Of a stretch of 64,000 nt of DNA, positions 1 through 11,377 are shown one piece after another (within the stretch, counting starts at the first letter, position 1; each line of letters begins with the position of its first letter). The stretch is from assembly GCF_000143415.4 (NCBI RefSeq), contig NW_003314382.1:150210-214209 (forward strand). Direction: 5' to 3'. A model generated the notes under the pieces. The model saw only the letters and a list, made by a program, of their open reading frames with translations, did no database searches and was not told where the DNA came from. This DNA is from Selaginella moellendorffii (lineage: Eukaryota; Plantae; Lycopodiophyta). A program made the position numbers and the translations under genes.

Positions 1-699
1 AAACACTTCATACAAAGGGATTAGGAATAATTGACATGACCTTTAAATTCACTGATGTTTCCTCCTGATGTTCTTCCAAATCCCAACCCATCCACGAGAG
101 AACCCTGACAATCTTCCATCATTTTGAGAAGAGGGATGATGTGAGGTCTAAATGTATAGCTATGATTGTAGCGTACATGGTTTTTACCCTTCATCCTATG
201 GTGATTTACCATAGGATAACCATGAAGTGAAACTTAAACCCTCTATGTGCCACGTGTTATATGCCACATGCTTAAAGAACAGTGGTGTAGAATCCGAATT
301 TCAGAGCTTTGGGCCACTAAATGAAAGAATGGAGTCAAACTCCTAAGTATAGAGCCAAGGAGCAAAGGAACTGGAGTACAGAGTGACTCTTAAGCATTCA
401 ACCCAAGGAACGACTTGAAACAGTTCTAGAACATCCAGCATCCCAATGCTAGAACCAACATGCAAAATGAAGCCAAACAGAGTCTGGCGCTATTTCAGCA
501 TACCGGTGGCCTAATGTGAAGATATAGATACTCCACTAACTAGCATAGTATAGAACTTGGGCTTAGACCCAAGCCAAACGCAAAACAAGGATAGGCACGC
601 AAGCAGGAGTTAGAATATGCCTCAAGTTGGTCGGCCATACCCAACTTACCCATTATCCCTACCATACATTTGGAACCCCTCTAGGAAATAAAAGATGGT

Positions 700-1600
700 T
701 GATTAAAGTTTAAATATAAAGTGAAAAAAAGCCTATGGAAAAAAGTGCACCCCTTTTTTTATTAGTTAAATATCTTAGAATATTTAGAGTTAAACATCTT
801 TTGGTTTAAATAATACTAAGTTGGATGATCTTCTAGGAATTCCAAATTTGGGAGTTTACATTTTATATCAAAACAAATCTCAAGTCATATTTTGTTTAAT
901 TGAACACTTGGTTGCTTTAGCTAGGTTAAATCTAAAGGGTAAGTGTAAGCTTCTGAATTTGGACTTCCCGGAAGGTCACCCCCAATACTATTCAAACCCA
1001 AGGATGCTTAACCCCAATTATCCCAAAACTTTTAACCGATTGAAAAAAGGGGTATACTCTTGTTTGTGGGCCCTTTCCCTTTATATTTAAACCCTATAGA
1101 TCATCTCTCAAGTCGTTCTTTTTGGTTGCTTACAGTAGGGTGTCAAGAGAGTAAGAGTCTTAACTTCCCCAAATTTTCAGATTTTAAAGAAACAAAACTA
1201 TACTTTGTTTTTCAATTGAAAAATTTAAGAGATTATTGTAAGTTCTTAGATTTGAACTTTCAAATAAATCATCCAGCCCAGTACTATTCAAACCTATGGA
1301 TGTAATGTTAAATATTTCAAGAAGTTTAACTAATTAAAAAAAGAGGTGCACTTTTGTTCATAGGCCCTTTCCCTCTATATTTAAACTTTAATAAATTGTT
1401 TCTCAAGTTATTCTCTTTAGTAATTTATAATTTATTATGTTTTTTTGCATTATGAATAGAAGTTGAGTGCCGTAACTCTTCTACTAAATATTAATCTCAA
1501 CATGTAGTGTGATGCCCTTAGCTAACCAATAGAGTTAGACTTGAGAACTTTATGATACCAAATGTAAGCTCTTGGATTTAGACTTTCTGGAAAATCATCT
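700..1600. repeat. Degenerate AT-rich direct/inverted repeat (foldback/MITE-like relic)
   Basis: 704-760 (taaagtttaaatataaagtg...aagtgcaccctttt) is the reverse complement of ~1336-1391. ~940-1110 and ~1235-1410 are direct copies (tactattcaaacc, cccttt[t]ccctytatatttaaac). ~820-900 is inverted relative to ~1525-1600. Confidence 0.5.
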
Positions 1601-4499
1601 AGCATAATAATCATACATACTAATAACTTAATACAACTAATATATAAGGCATGACAGCGACGGTGTTTGGTAAACATAATAATGGGGGTATTTAGTGGAC
1701 ATGTTAAATTCTTATATAGAAATATTGAATGAGTAGTGCTCAATACACAAAATAGAGAAAAAGAGAACTAAAAGCCTAAGCTAAGTATGCTCAACTAGAA
1801 ATATATAAGAGTTCCTATCTTATTTTTATCTGGCTAAGTATAGATATTAAGCCAAATTTAATACACTTAAACAAGAGAAACCAACAAAAGGAATCAACAA
1901 TATTAATCTTCTACTATTGTGGTAGTAAAGAGAGAATGTTTGAAAAGATTCACTAATATGTAACTTTTGATATTTGTAGTTATATTCATGCCAAAAAAAG
2001 AGTAAAAAACATTCTTTTGTTTAAGACACATTTATATTTTTCTTTTTATTTTCTTGTGCAATTTAAGAAAATGAAAAACTCTACTAACAATCTCTAAAGC
2101 AATGAAATTCCTTGTTAATGTCAAATACCCACTCAAGTTTATATATATTGTTTTCCCAAAAACTCAATCCTTAAACATTCTTCAAGAACTAGATTGCATC
2201 ATCCATATCTCTTTAATTGATATCACAATTATACTCCACTAGTGGGAGATATTAGAACACCAAAAATAGAAGATATTATATAATCATGTTTCATGGAAGT
2301 TAGTACTAAGGATGGATGTAACATCAACATACATAATCATGCCCCATAGCATTAAAAACCCAATTCAACAAAGCAATATCAATAACCTGAATTGATTGAT
2401 TACAATGTGGCATGGTGGAAAAAGAGAATGTAGTAAAGATTGAAAAAGCAAAATAAATCTAATAGCTACAATCTTAGATTTGGTGAAAAACTAATATAAA
2501 TTTAAATAATCCCAAACATTAAATAAAGCATTATTAAAAAGCTATACTGTTCAAGGACAAATTGCAATGTCCTCACCTCTACCAATGTGATATATGAATG
2601 GGTATATTAATTGAGGTCTAAACCCTTACTTATATATATATAAACTCAATCCCAAATGGAAGTAGGGTTATATATATAACATGATAGTGGGGAGGCCTGC
2701 CGGCCGTCAGATCTAAGGCCTGGGCTAGGCTCGGTATCCATGGTTGTGGGAAAAATCACATTAATGTTTGGATGGCCAATCAATAATGGGCACATTGGCT
2801 GGAAGAGAAGAAACTCATTGGGTGTTGTGAGTGAAAGCTATGAATTAAAGAAGACACATGTTAGTCCAGAAATCACATTGCACCCAAGACAGAAGAAATC
2901 TGCCTATTGCCTTGCATCCATTCCCAATAACATGTACTCTTATCATTGTTGAGTGGTGATGAAGGATGATTATGCCGAGAATTGGTGTTGGGCTCATGCC
3001 ACATAAAGTTTAGGGTTGCCCATAATCATTTGGAATCAACACTTCTATGGCTGTTACATCACAGCCCAATGCTTCTACTTCTGGAATTGACTAACACTAG
3101 AATTACTCCAAAGCTTCTAGGATTGATCAAGACCAAGAAAGTAAGTCAGGTGTTGATATTGAACACAATTTTCTTTTTTTCTTGCAATTTCAATGTGACA
3201 ATCAGGAGGAAGAAATTTTGTGCCAGTCATAGGTGTTATGTCTTGATGGGTTAGCCACACAATCAATAATGGTGGCCACTAATTTGGCCCTAAACCACAG
3301 CAATCTAGCCTTTTGTGTATTGTGGACATTTGAGACGTGTTCGTTTGGGTTTGTGGATGCTATCAAGCAGTAAAGCTGGAGCTAGAGCCAGAGATCATGG
3401 CGGCCGCAGTTGCGGATGAAAAAGGAGGTGCACCCGAGCAGGCGGAAGCAGAGTGAGATACTCTAAGATATAATCACTAATAATTATTAACGTGGCCAGA
3501 ACTATCAAAGAGTTTGCAATCCCTATTTTTCTATATATATAAAGTGATAGTGGGGAGGCCCACTAGCTGTTGGATCCCAAGCCCAAGGAAAAATCATGTT
3601 GCCATTTTGGTTATGGCAATGTGTTATCGGGGTGCTAATGGCAGAGGTACAATTTTCATCCAATTGCTTCCCAAAGTGCAGCTCTCATTACAATATAATG
3701 GTTTCCAGCTCATCCCAAAAGGAACCTCTCTAGTGGGTTGTGGAGCAACTTGCAACACTTGGGCCAAAGATGGATTTGGAAGCATTCTTTTGCCTCTTTG
3801 CGTTCAAAATGGAGGAATGCAACTCAACACTGATCTAATCTAGCTTATGCAATGTTTATGGGTAGAGTTTGTAAATTCCAGTATAGGAAATCTGGATTTG
3901 AGGAGTTTAAACAACAACCAAGTATAGTAAATGCATTATTATTTAATGATTACAGCTATAATGCAAGAGCCGACCAATAACCACAGCCACCACAGCTTAG
4001 TTTTTTTGAAATGTCCAGACACACTAAGTTATAGTTAAGACATTCATGTTCGGTCAAGAGAATATCTTTCAGTTGTGGAGTTAATCAAACAGAAAATATA
4101 GTTAAACTCAGCAAACCTTTTGAAATGGCATGAAATTTGCCAACCACCCAGCATTTCTTGAGCAGTTGCTAGCATATATATGGATTTCAAGTTTTTTATA
4201 AATTTGTTATTCAGATATGTTTTATAAAATGGATAAAATAACATAAAGTTGTTCTAAATTTAAATATCATAAATAACCTCTTTTACTTAAGAAAATAAAA
4301 AAATTGTATCCTTTGAAAAGGTGAGCGGTTCGAATCATGGCTATTTGTGGCATCAAAAGTGGGCAAAGAAAGGGCTCATGGCGAAGGCACGGCAAGCCGT
4401 GCTTGTGGTCGCTTAGGTCAGATCAACGCGAGGGGAAAGGTAGAGAGGGATACCGCAGGGATTTGCGGGCGCCGGGGGCGCGCCAGAGAGGAAGCGAAG

Positions 4500-5346
4500 A
4501 TGCTCGATGTTTCTCGTGTGCAGAAGGAGCTTGTGGAGATCGAGCGCGATAAGAAGCTGTCAGGCGTGAGCATCCAGGTATTTGACGATGGCCTGAGTAG
4601 AATGCGGGGGACAATCACTGGTCCTATCGGCACTCCCTACGAGGGCGGTATCTTCACTGTCGACATTCAGTTACCCTGTAAGTGTAAATTTTTCCTTTCT
4701 TCTCAAACTCTTACTTTTTATTTTGTTCTTCTCTAGCTGCGTATCCTTTCGAGCCCCCCAAAATGCAGTTCATCACCAAAGTCTGGTGAGTGAGAGCTCG
4801 AGAAAAGAGGAACAAAAAATCTAGTTTTTTTTTTCCTTTGATGCTGATCTTGTCTCCTTTTACTTCGCCCAGGCATCCCAATATCAGCAGCCAAAATGGA
4901 GCCATTTGCCTAGACATTCTCAAAGACCAGTGGAGCCCGGCTCTCACCCTCAAGACGGCTCTACTTTCTCTCCAAGCGCTCCTCTCCACGCCCGAGCCGG
5001 GTGATCCTCAAGACGCAGTGGTCGCAAAACAGGTAAAGAGCGAAAAAAACGTTTCGTGCTAAAAGTTTTTGCCAACTTGCTTTGTTTGCTTGATCCAGTA
5101 CTTGCGTGAGTATCCAGTCTTCGAGAGCACTGCGAGATACTGGACTGAATCGTTTGCGAAAAGATCTTCGCTTGGCATGGAAGAAAAGGTACTTGTATAC
5201 AGTGATGTTTAGCGTAAATTCATAGCTCTCGGTTCTCACAGGTAGCAAAGCTGGTAGAAATGGGCTTCACGGATGAAGTTGCGACTGCTGCCCTCGAGTG
5301 CTGCGGTGGAGACGAGAACGCCGCTCTGGAGAAGCTCCTGAGCTGA
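4500..5346 (+). CDS. UBC27: Ubiquitin-conjugating enzyme E2 with C-terminal UBA domain (UBC27/Ubc1/E2-25K type), 5 exons
   Basis: Spliced translation contains [46 protein letters not shown] (catalytic Cys) and a UBA tail LVEMGF...[10 protein letters not shown]. Introns are GT-AG. Confidence 0.93.
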
Positions 5347-5557
5347 TAAAAAATGAAATTCGTGATTGTTGATAATTTCAACTCCCAAAGCTAACACGAG
5401 GAATGATTTATGTTCTAGCATAATCTTTGTTGTCAACAAGCAAGTTTAATATGGTTCTATCCGAATGAAATTCATAGCGTTCCAGCCATGAGAGCAAAAC
5501 TTTGGGAGATCTCATCCCTCAAGTGTAGCACAACTTACCGAAGCTTGGGACCTTTTG

Positions 5558-7572
5558 CTATAACCCAAAAATCTGGACAGGCATTGGAAACGCGGCTCCA
5601 CTTTCAGCCGCCACCGCCGCCGTCTCCAGGGAGATATCAATGCTGCGGTGCTTGAAGCTTCTCGCGATGCTGATCCTTCCCTTCAGCAACGCTGCCGGGT
5701 TCTCCTTCGTGCCAGGCTCTCCGGGTCCTGCGCTTGCGTCGCGGCTTAGAAGGATCGGATTTCTAAACGTCAGGATCGTCTGTGACCAGTGCGTGCTTGG
5801 AGAGAACGGAGATGTCGTCATTGTAACCGGAGAAACCTTGCAACACCTCTCGGTAAAGCCGACGTCGAACCAAAGTACCACTCCGTAGCACCAGACTGGA
5901 GAGGCGGTCCTGGGCTTGAGCTCAAAGTGTGCATGGAAGTCGACGTCGTCGGGCTTCATCGTGAGGATATCGAATTTCTGGCAGGAGGAAGAACAAAGTT
6001 AAAAAGTCCTGGAATGCGTCTGCGTGACAATACCTGGATCGAGAAAGAGTCTGTGACGATGTCTTCCTTGTTCACGACGTCTACCACGGGTGCGTTCGCT
6101 GCGTGCTCAAGAACTTCGTTCCCGATGCGCTTCATGTTGAAGCCATAGACGTCCTCCCAAAACGGGAGGCTTGTAGCGCCTTTGCCAAATCCTGCTACGA
6201 ACTGCAAAACCAAGCACACAAAACGCATGAGCGAAGATAAGTTTTGCTGGTTTCAAGCTTTACCATCTCCGCTGTGTCTGGCAAGATTGATCCCCCGGGT
6301 TTCAACCATCTGTCCCGTGCATGCAACACCGAGCCAAGCATCGACTCATACAAGAGACCGTAACCCATCCATTCGCTGATGATCACGTCGACGCTGTGAG
6401 GACTGATGGATAACTTTCCATCGAGATCTTCGATCATTCCTCCAACAACTTCTATGGTATTACCAGAAGAGCCATCGCTAATAAATCCATTGTCTCTAGC
6501 CACCTGAACGAAACAAATCACTATCAGAAAGGCAGAAAAACGAGAGAAAGAATAGCGTTACCTCTCGAGCAACCATAGCCATCTTCTCGCTTCCATCAAC
6601 AGCTATCACCTTCGACGCGCCGGCCTTCGCCGCAAAGAGACTGCAATGCAAAACAAGCTGTTGCTCTAGACCAAATCACCAGCCAGTTTGTACCTTAAGA
6701 TCCCGGTTCCACAGCCAATGTCCATCACTAGAGCATTCTCCAGCAAAGGAGGATTGTGTAAAATAGCCTTTTGATAAGCCTCGGTTCTCACCTAGAGTCA
6801 CAGGCCATCAAGATAAACATTTTAAGAACGAGGAAGCTTACCTTGTCGCCAAGCATCTCCCTGTGAATCCCATACTCGCCATAAGAACTGAAGTACTTGC
6901 TGTTAACGCGCAGGATCTCTTCTTTGACAACGTTGTCAAAGCTAACTCTTTTCTTCTTCTCGGCAAGCTTTCCATCACTCGTTGGCAAAGAGCTAGTTGC
7001 AAGCTCTCTTATAGCTTCGTCAATGGATCCTTCTCCCGGATCCAAGTTTGCTAGCTCGCTGATGATCTCGTCTCGATCAATGGTACCGTTACCATCCTCT
7101 TCGATATCGTCCAAGTCGAAGTTGTAAAGCAACGCATCGTCCTTGAGGAAAGGAGCCAAGTAGAAGTCGTCCTTCCAACGATCAGACCCGGGCAGCGAGC
7201 AATGCCGCGTGGAATCGACGTGATCCTGGAATGCCCTCTCGTCCTGGAACTCAGCACCACAGTTCCAACATCTCTCTGCCGCTACCTAAGAAAGACAAAA
7301 AGATTTGGAAGAGAATCTAAGCGAGAACCGCAACACCATACCTCAGAGCGTATGAAATTTAGCAGCCGCAAGGCCTGGTAGAAATCCAGACGAGAATGGA
7401 GCCGCAGAGCGCCAAAATCGAGGCCGTGTTGCTGCGAGCAGTGACGGAATGCTTGATCGGCGGAGGAGAAGGAAGAGGAGCAAAGCAGACACTTCACGAT
7501 CGATCCAGCGTCGTCGGCATTCTCTGCCCAGTCCTCCCATCCAGCGCCGTCCTCGTCCTCGCTAGAGCTCAT
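5558..7572 (-). CDS. PRMT3: Protein arginine N-methyltransferase 3-like (N-terminal C2H2 zinc finger plus type I PRMT core), multi-exon
   Basis: Acidic N-terminus, CLLC...HCSQQH zinc finger, YFSSYGEYGIHREMLGDK, VMDIGCGTGILS, VDVIISEWMGYGLLYESML and the THW loop (SPSTHWSQT). Confidence 0.9.
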
Positions 7573-7634
7573 CACGCCAAAACCCTAAAACCAGGGGTTT
7601 GGCTTATCTCTCCAAGAGCCCTAAAAACCAGTCG
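7573..7634. promoter_or_regulatory. Candidate bidirectional promoter/leader region with telo-box
   Basis: Only 62 bp separate the divergent ATGs of PRMT3 and the J-protein. AAACCCTAA is present at ~7580-7588. Confidence 0.5.
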
Positions 7635-8862
7635 ATGGTTTTGGGGAAGAATGCAGCGCCATCGCCATCGCTTCGCTGTGATTTCGGCGCTGCACAGGTC
7701 TTTTCGCGGTTCAATCGCTCGTCGCGCCTCACCGGGAAGCGGGCGCTGTGGATCCCAAGAGCTATCAGCGGCGGGAAGAAGAATCACTACGAGATTCTTG
7801 GGCTGCACTACAATGCGAGCCCGCTGGAGATCAAGAAAGCGTTCCGGCAGCTTGCGCACAAGGTGAGAGTGCATTGTTTCTTCGTGGTTTCTTTTTTCTT
7901 CGTTCTTTCATCTGTTCCTTGGTTCTTGTTTGTTTTTTTTCTGTTCCTCCATTGTTGTAACTGAGCGTTAGTATTGACAATGGCAGGCTGCTGTGTGCAG
8001 TACCATCCGGATGTGAACAAGGCCGCGGACGCGGAAGAGATTTTCAAGTCTGTCCGAGTAGCGTATGAGGTGAAGTTCTTTGTGTTTTTTTTTTCCTTCG
8101 TGGCCATAGATCCTTCCTTTCTTCCAGGTTTTGTCCAACGAGACTAGCAGAAGAGAATACAATCAAACACTTCATCACCAAAGAACCAGGACAACCAGTT
8201 CTCCAGAGGGGACGGACTACAATTCTTTCAGATATGCACGCTCTCAAAGCTATAGATACTATGAACGCGTAAGTGCTTCGTTCGGACTCGCGATACGATG
8301 AAAATCACCTTGCTCCTTTTTTCAGGTGGATTTCGATACCAGTGACTACGAGAGAAGGTCCGGACGCTCGTCTCGTAGGAGACGAAAGTTTGAGCCGACT
8401 TGGGTGAGGAGGCACAGGACCGGGGCCAGGGACGACGAATTCGATAGCTCAAACATGGCCGAGGAATCACAGGATGACGGAGAAGACTGGCTGGCGGAGT
8501 GGCAAAGCTCCCGAAACATGATCTTTCTAGCAACTTGGACGCTGGCAGTGATCTTCTACAGGTTTGGAATCCGGGCAGCTCTGGCAGCTCTTGGCGTCGC
8601 GATGTCTTTCCGGACCAAGCTCTCGACGTGGTACAAACTGGCACTCGCAGTAGCATGGCTGATTGGAGGTGGCAGAGGCATGCTCGTGGCTTACTTGGTG
8701 ATGCAAGCGAGCTCGCTGTGGGGAGGAGCTTGCGACGTTGCCGTCTTCACGCTCGTCTTTGGGATTTGGCTGCGAGGAAGCTTTCTCTCGGGCTACGTCT
8801 TTCTGCCACCGCCAGTTCTTTTGCTCGTGGCGATGAAGCTCGTAAGAAGCTCGGGCTTTTGA
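7635..8862 (+). CDS. J-domain (DnaJ type III) protein with putative plastid transit peptide and hydrophobic C-terminal region, multi-exon
   Basis: NHYEILGL...EIKKAFRQLAHK|YHPDVN (HPD motif)...AYE|VLS. The last exon (8326-8862 frame) is rich in TM-like segments. Confidence 0.85.
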
Positions 8863-8947
8863 TCGTCACGGGCTTCCTGTGTTTCGATCCTCTGCATGGT
8901 TTTTGGATCGAGCTCGTTTTCTTTACGTTATCAGCAATCCGTGACAG

Positions 8948-10153
8948 ATGGTCTTGATCTCTTCTTTAGCCGAGCGAGTGAAGAGTTGCAGGGATTTATC
9001 TCAGGCTCGGGATCTATGTAGTTGCTTGAGACAAGGCAACTATCTCAACATTGTCTATCTCGCCAACCTTGTGGTGGAAATGTATGGCAAGTGTGGCAGC
9101 GTCGAAGATGCCAAGTACGTGTTTGATCACATTCGAAGACCAAATCTCTTTTCTTGGACCGTAGTGATCGCAGCATATGCCCGTAATGGGCATCCATTAC
9201 AGGCACGGGAACTGTTTGATCAAATGCCGATGCGAGACCTGGCGTCTTGGAATGCCATGATTCTTGTTTGCGCAGACGCAGCGAATCTTGACGAAGCCAT
9301 AGCTCTGTTTGAATCTATGCAGGAAAGAGACATTGTTTCATGGAGCACTCTGATCACTGCTTATGCCCGGTTTGGCTATATGGACCAGGCCAAAGCTTTG
9401 TTCGATCAAATGCCTCAGAGAAACGTTGTGGCCTGGACTGCCATGGTTGCTGCGTATGCCCAAAACGGGCATCCATACGAAGCGCGGAGAGTTTTCGATG
9501 AAATGCCAGAAACCAACTTGGTTTCGTGGAACATAGTTCTGGATGCGTTTGCGGAGAATGGGGAATCGAGCGAAGCAGCTGACATTTTCAGAGCTATGCC
9601 CCAGCGAGATGTTGTCTCGTGGAACACTTTGATCGCGGCTTGCGTGAGGAGAGGCCAACTTTTGGAGGCCAAGCGTTTGTTTGATCGAGTTCCGGAGAAG
9701 TCAGTGGCGTCCTGGAACTCCATCTTTCAAGCCTGTGCAGTGTTCCAAAACGATAGCGCTGTCGAGCTCTTGAGCTCAATGAGGATGGAAGACGTGCCAC
9801 CGGACGGCACCACTTTCACTTGGATCCTCAGCTCGTGCAACTCGAGGGGAGATCTGGGGCGAGGATTGAAGCTTTTCTCCTCGATGATCGAGGATCACGG
9901 TCTCTCGCCATGCTTGGATCACTACAATTGCGCTTTAAATGCGCTGGGACGAGCTGGTTTGCTGCGACAAGTGCGTCAAGCCGTGGAGGAGATGCCGCTT
10001 GGTCCAGATTGTGTCACCTGGAAGACATTGTTACTGGCTGCCTCGAAGCTAGACTATAACATTGGAACTTGGGCTGCAACAAGAGCTCTGGAGTTGAATC
10101 CAATGGATGACGCACCCTATGTTTCACTCTCTCAAGACTTCATTAGCTTCTAA
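8948..10153 (+). CDS. PLS-class PPR protein (SS-type 31-aa repeats, E domain, no DYW)
   Basis: Intronless 401-aa ORF with LANLVVEMYGKCGS cap, repeats F..MP.R..VSW, and an E-like end HYNC...LGRAG...TWKTLL...PYV.LS. Confidence 0.9.
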   Translation: MVLISSLAERVKSCRDLSQARDLCSCLRQGNYLNIVYLANLVVEMYGKCGSVEDAKYVFDHIRRPNLFSWTVVIAAYARNGHPLQARELFDQMPMRDLASWNAMILVCADAANLDEAIALFESMQERDIVSWSTLITAYARFGYMDQAKALFDQMPQRNVVAWTAMVAAYAQNGHPYEARRVFDEMPETNLVSWNIVLDAFAENGESSEAADIFRAMPQRDVVSWNTLIAACVRRGQLLEAKRLFDRVPEKSVASWNSIFQACAVFQNDSAVELLSSMRMEDVPPDGTTFTWILSSCNSRGDLGRGLKLFSSMIEDHGLSPCLDHYNCALNALGRAGLLRQVRQAVEEMPLGPDCVTWKTLLLAASKLDYNIGTWAATRALELNPMDDAPYVSLSQDFISF

Positions 10154-10390
10154 CAAGCGACTAGGCTCCAGGACCTCGACAAGAGGATGTCCAGCATGGA
10201 AATGCTACGCTTGGAACAATTCCGTAAAGATTTTTTTATTGTTAATATTCTTAACCACCATAAAATACAGTTCCTTTTTCAAATATTCTAAATAGAATAT
10301 TTGAAAAGGTGTTTTAATTTAGGAACCGTATTTTACAAAGTATGTAAACAGTGGAGACCTAAAGGAAGACACATTTCCTTTACGAGAGTT

Positions 10391-11176
10391 ATGGCGTCGT
10401 GGTTGCAAGCTTTGTTGAACGTGACGGACTTCTTCACAGTGTGTGAACTCCATGCCAACTGCACATCCGGGAAACGCAAGAAGAGCTTCTTCTGCAAGCA
10501 GTGTTTAGTGTCCCTGTGTCAAGAATGCAAAAAGGATCACCGGACTTGCGACTCCCGAAACGCTTTGCAGATCGTAATCTCAGGCCGCCTTACTGCACTC
10601 AAGGCGTGTGAGGCGGAGCGCCTCATCGATACGTCGGGGCTGGAGACGTTTACCATCAACGGAGGCCCAATCTTTTATCTCCACGCCAGGCCCCGAGGAA
10701 TAGAGGTGCAAAACTCGGTACTATGCCGCCACTGCAAGAGGGTGCTGCACGGAGCTCTCTACTGCTCGCTCTACTGCAAGCTCCAGTGTCAAGGGTTCGT
10801 CGCGCATCAGCAAGCCCAAGTCGATCAGGGTCAGGAAAAGAACATTCCGTCACCTTTTGGCGAGGTCGCCCCAGATGGTGATGCGCAACCGAGAAGTGAG
10901 CTCAACGATCATCAAGCCCGGGTCGTTAAGGTCAAGCCAATGGATCGACCTAGGGCTCCCAAGGCGAAAAAGGCTCCATCCGACAGGAAACGAAAGCAGC
11001 CAGAGCAAAGCTCCATTGAGCAAGTTTGTGCGAGGAGGAGAATGGACGAGGCAGTACATGTGTTTAGTGCCCCTTGTAATACTGTCGAGCATGACAAGCG
11101 TCAAGGAGCTCCTGCTCTTCAAGGATTTAGAAAGCGGGCAAGGAAAGGTATCCCAATAAGATCACCCATGTTTTGA
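10391..11176 (+). CDS. PLATZ zinc-binding transcription factor (intronless, divergent)
   Basis: WLQALL..FF..C..H, FC..C..LC..C..H, LIDTSGLETFTING, C..C.R.L...YCSLYCK and the C-terminal KRARKGIPIRSP signature. Confidence 0.85.
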   Translation: MASWLQALLNVTDFFTVCELHANCTSGKRKKSFFCKQCLVSLCQECKKDHRTCDSRNALQIVISGRLTALKACEAERLIDTSGLETFTINGGPIFYLHARPRGIEVQNSVLCRHCKRVLHGALYCSLYCKLQCQGFVAHQQAQVDQGQEKNIPSPFGEVAPDGDAQPRSELNDHQARVVKVKPMDRPRAPKAKKAPSDRKRKQPEQSSIEQVCARRRMDEAVHVFSAPCNTVEHDKRQGAPALQGFRKRARKGIPIRSPMF

Positions 11177-11377
11177 AATGTTAACTAATTGTATGTGATC
11201 TTCATGTCTGCTTTAATTTTTATTTAGATTTGAATCTAATGAAATGGAACTAAGAAATTTCAAGATAAACTTTGTCGACTAAAGGTTATTGCACTTAAAA
11301 AAGCTGATGCCCGGTCAACTTTTTGATTGAAAGGCCAAAAGAGTTAGTGAAAACAGGGGAGAGGCAGGCATTTGACC

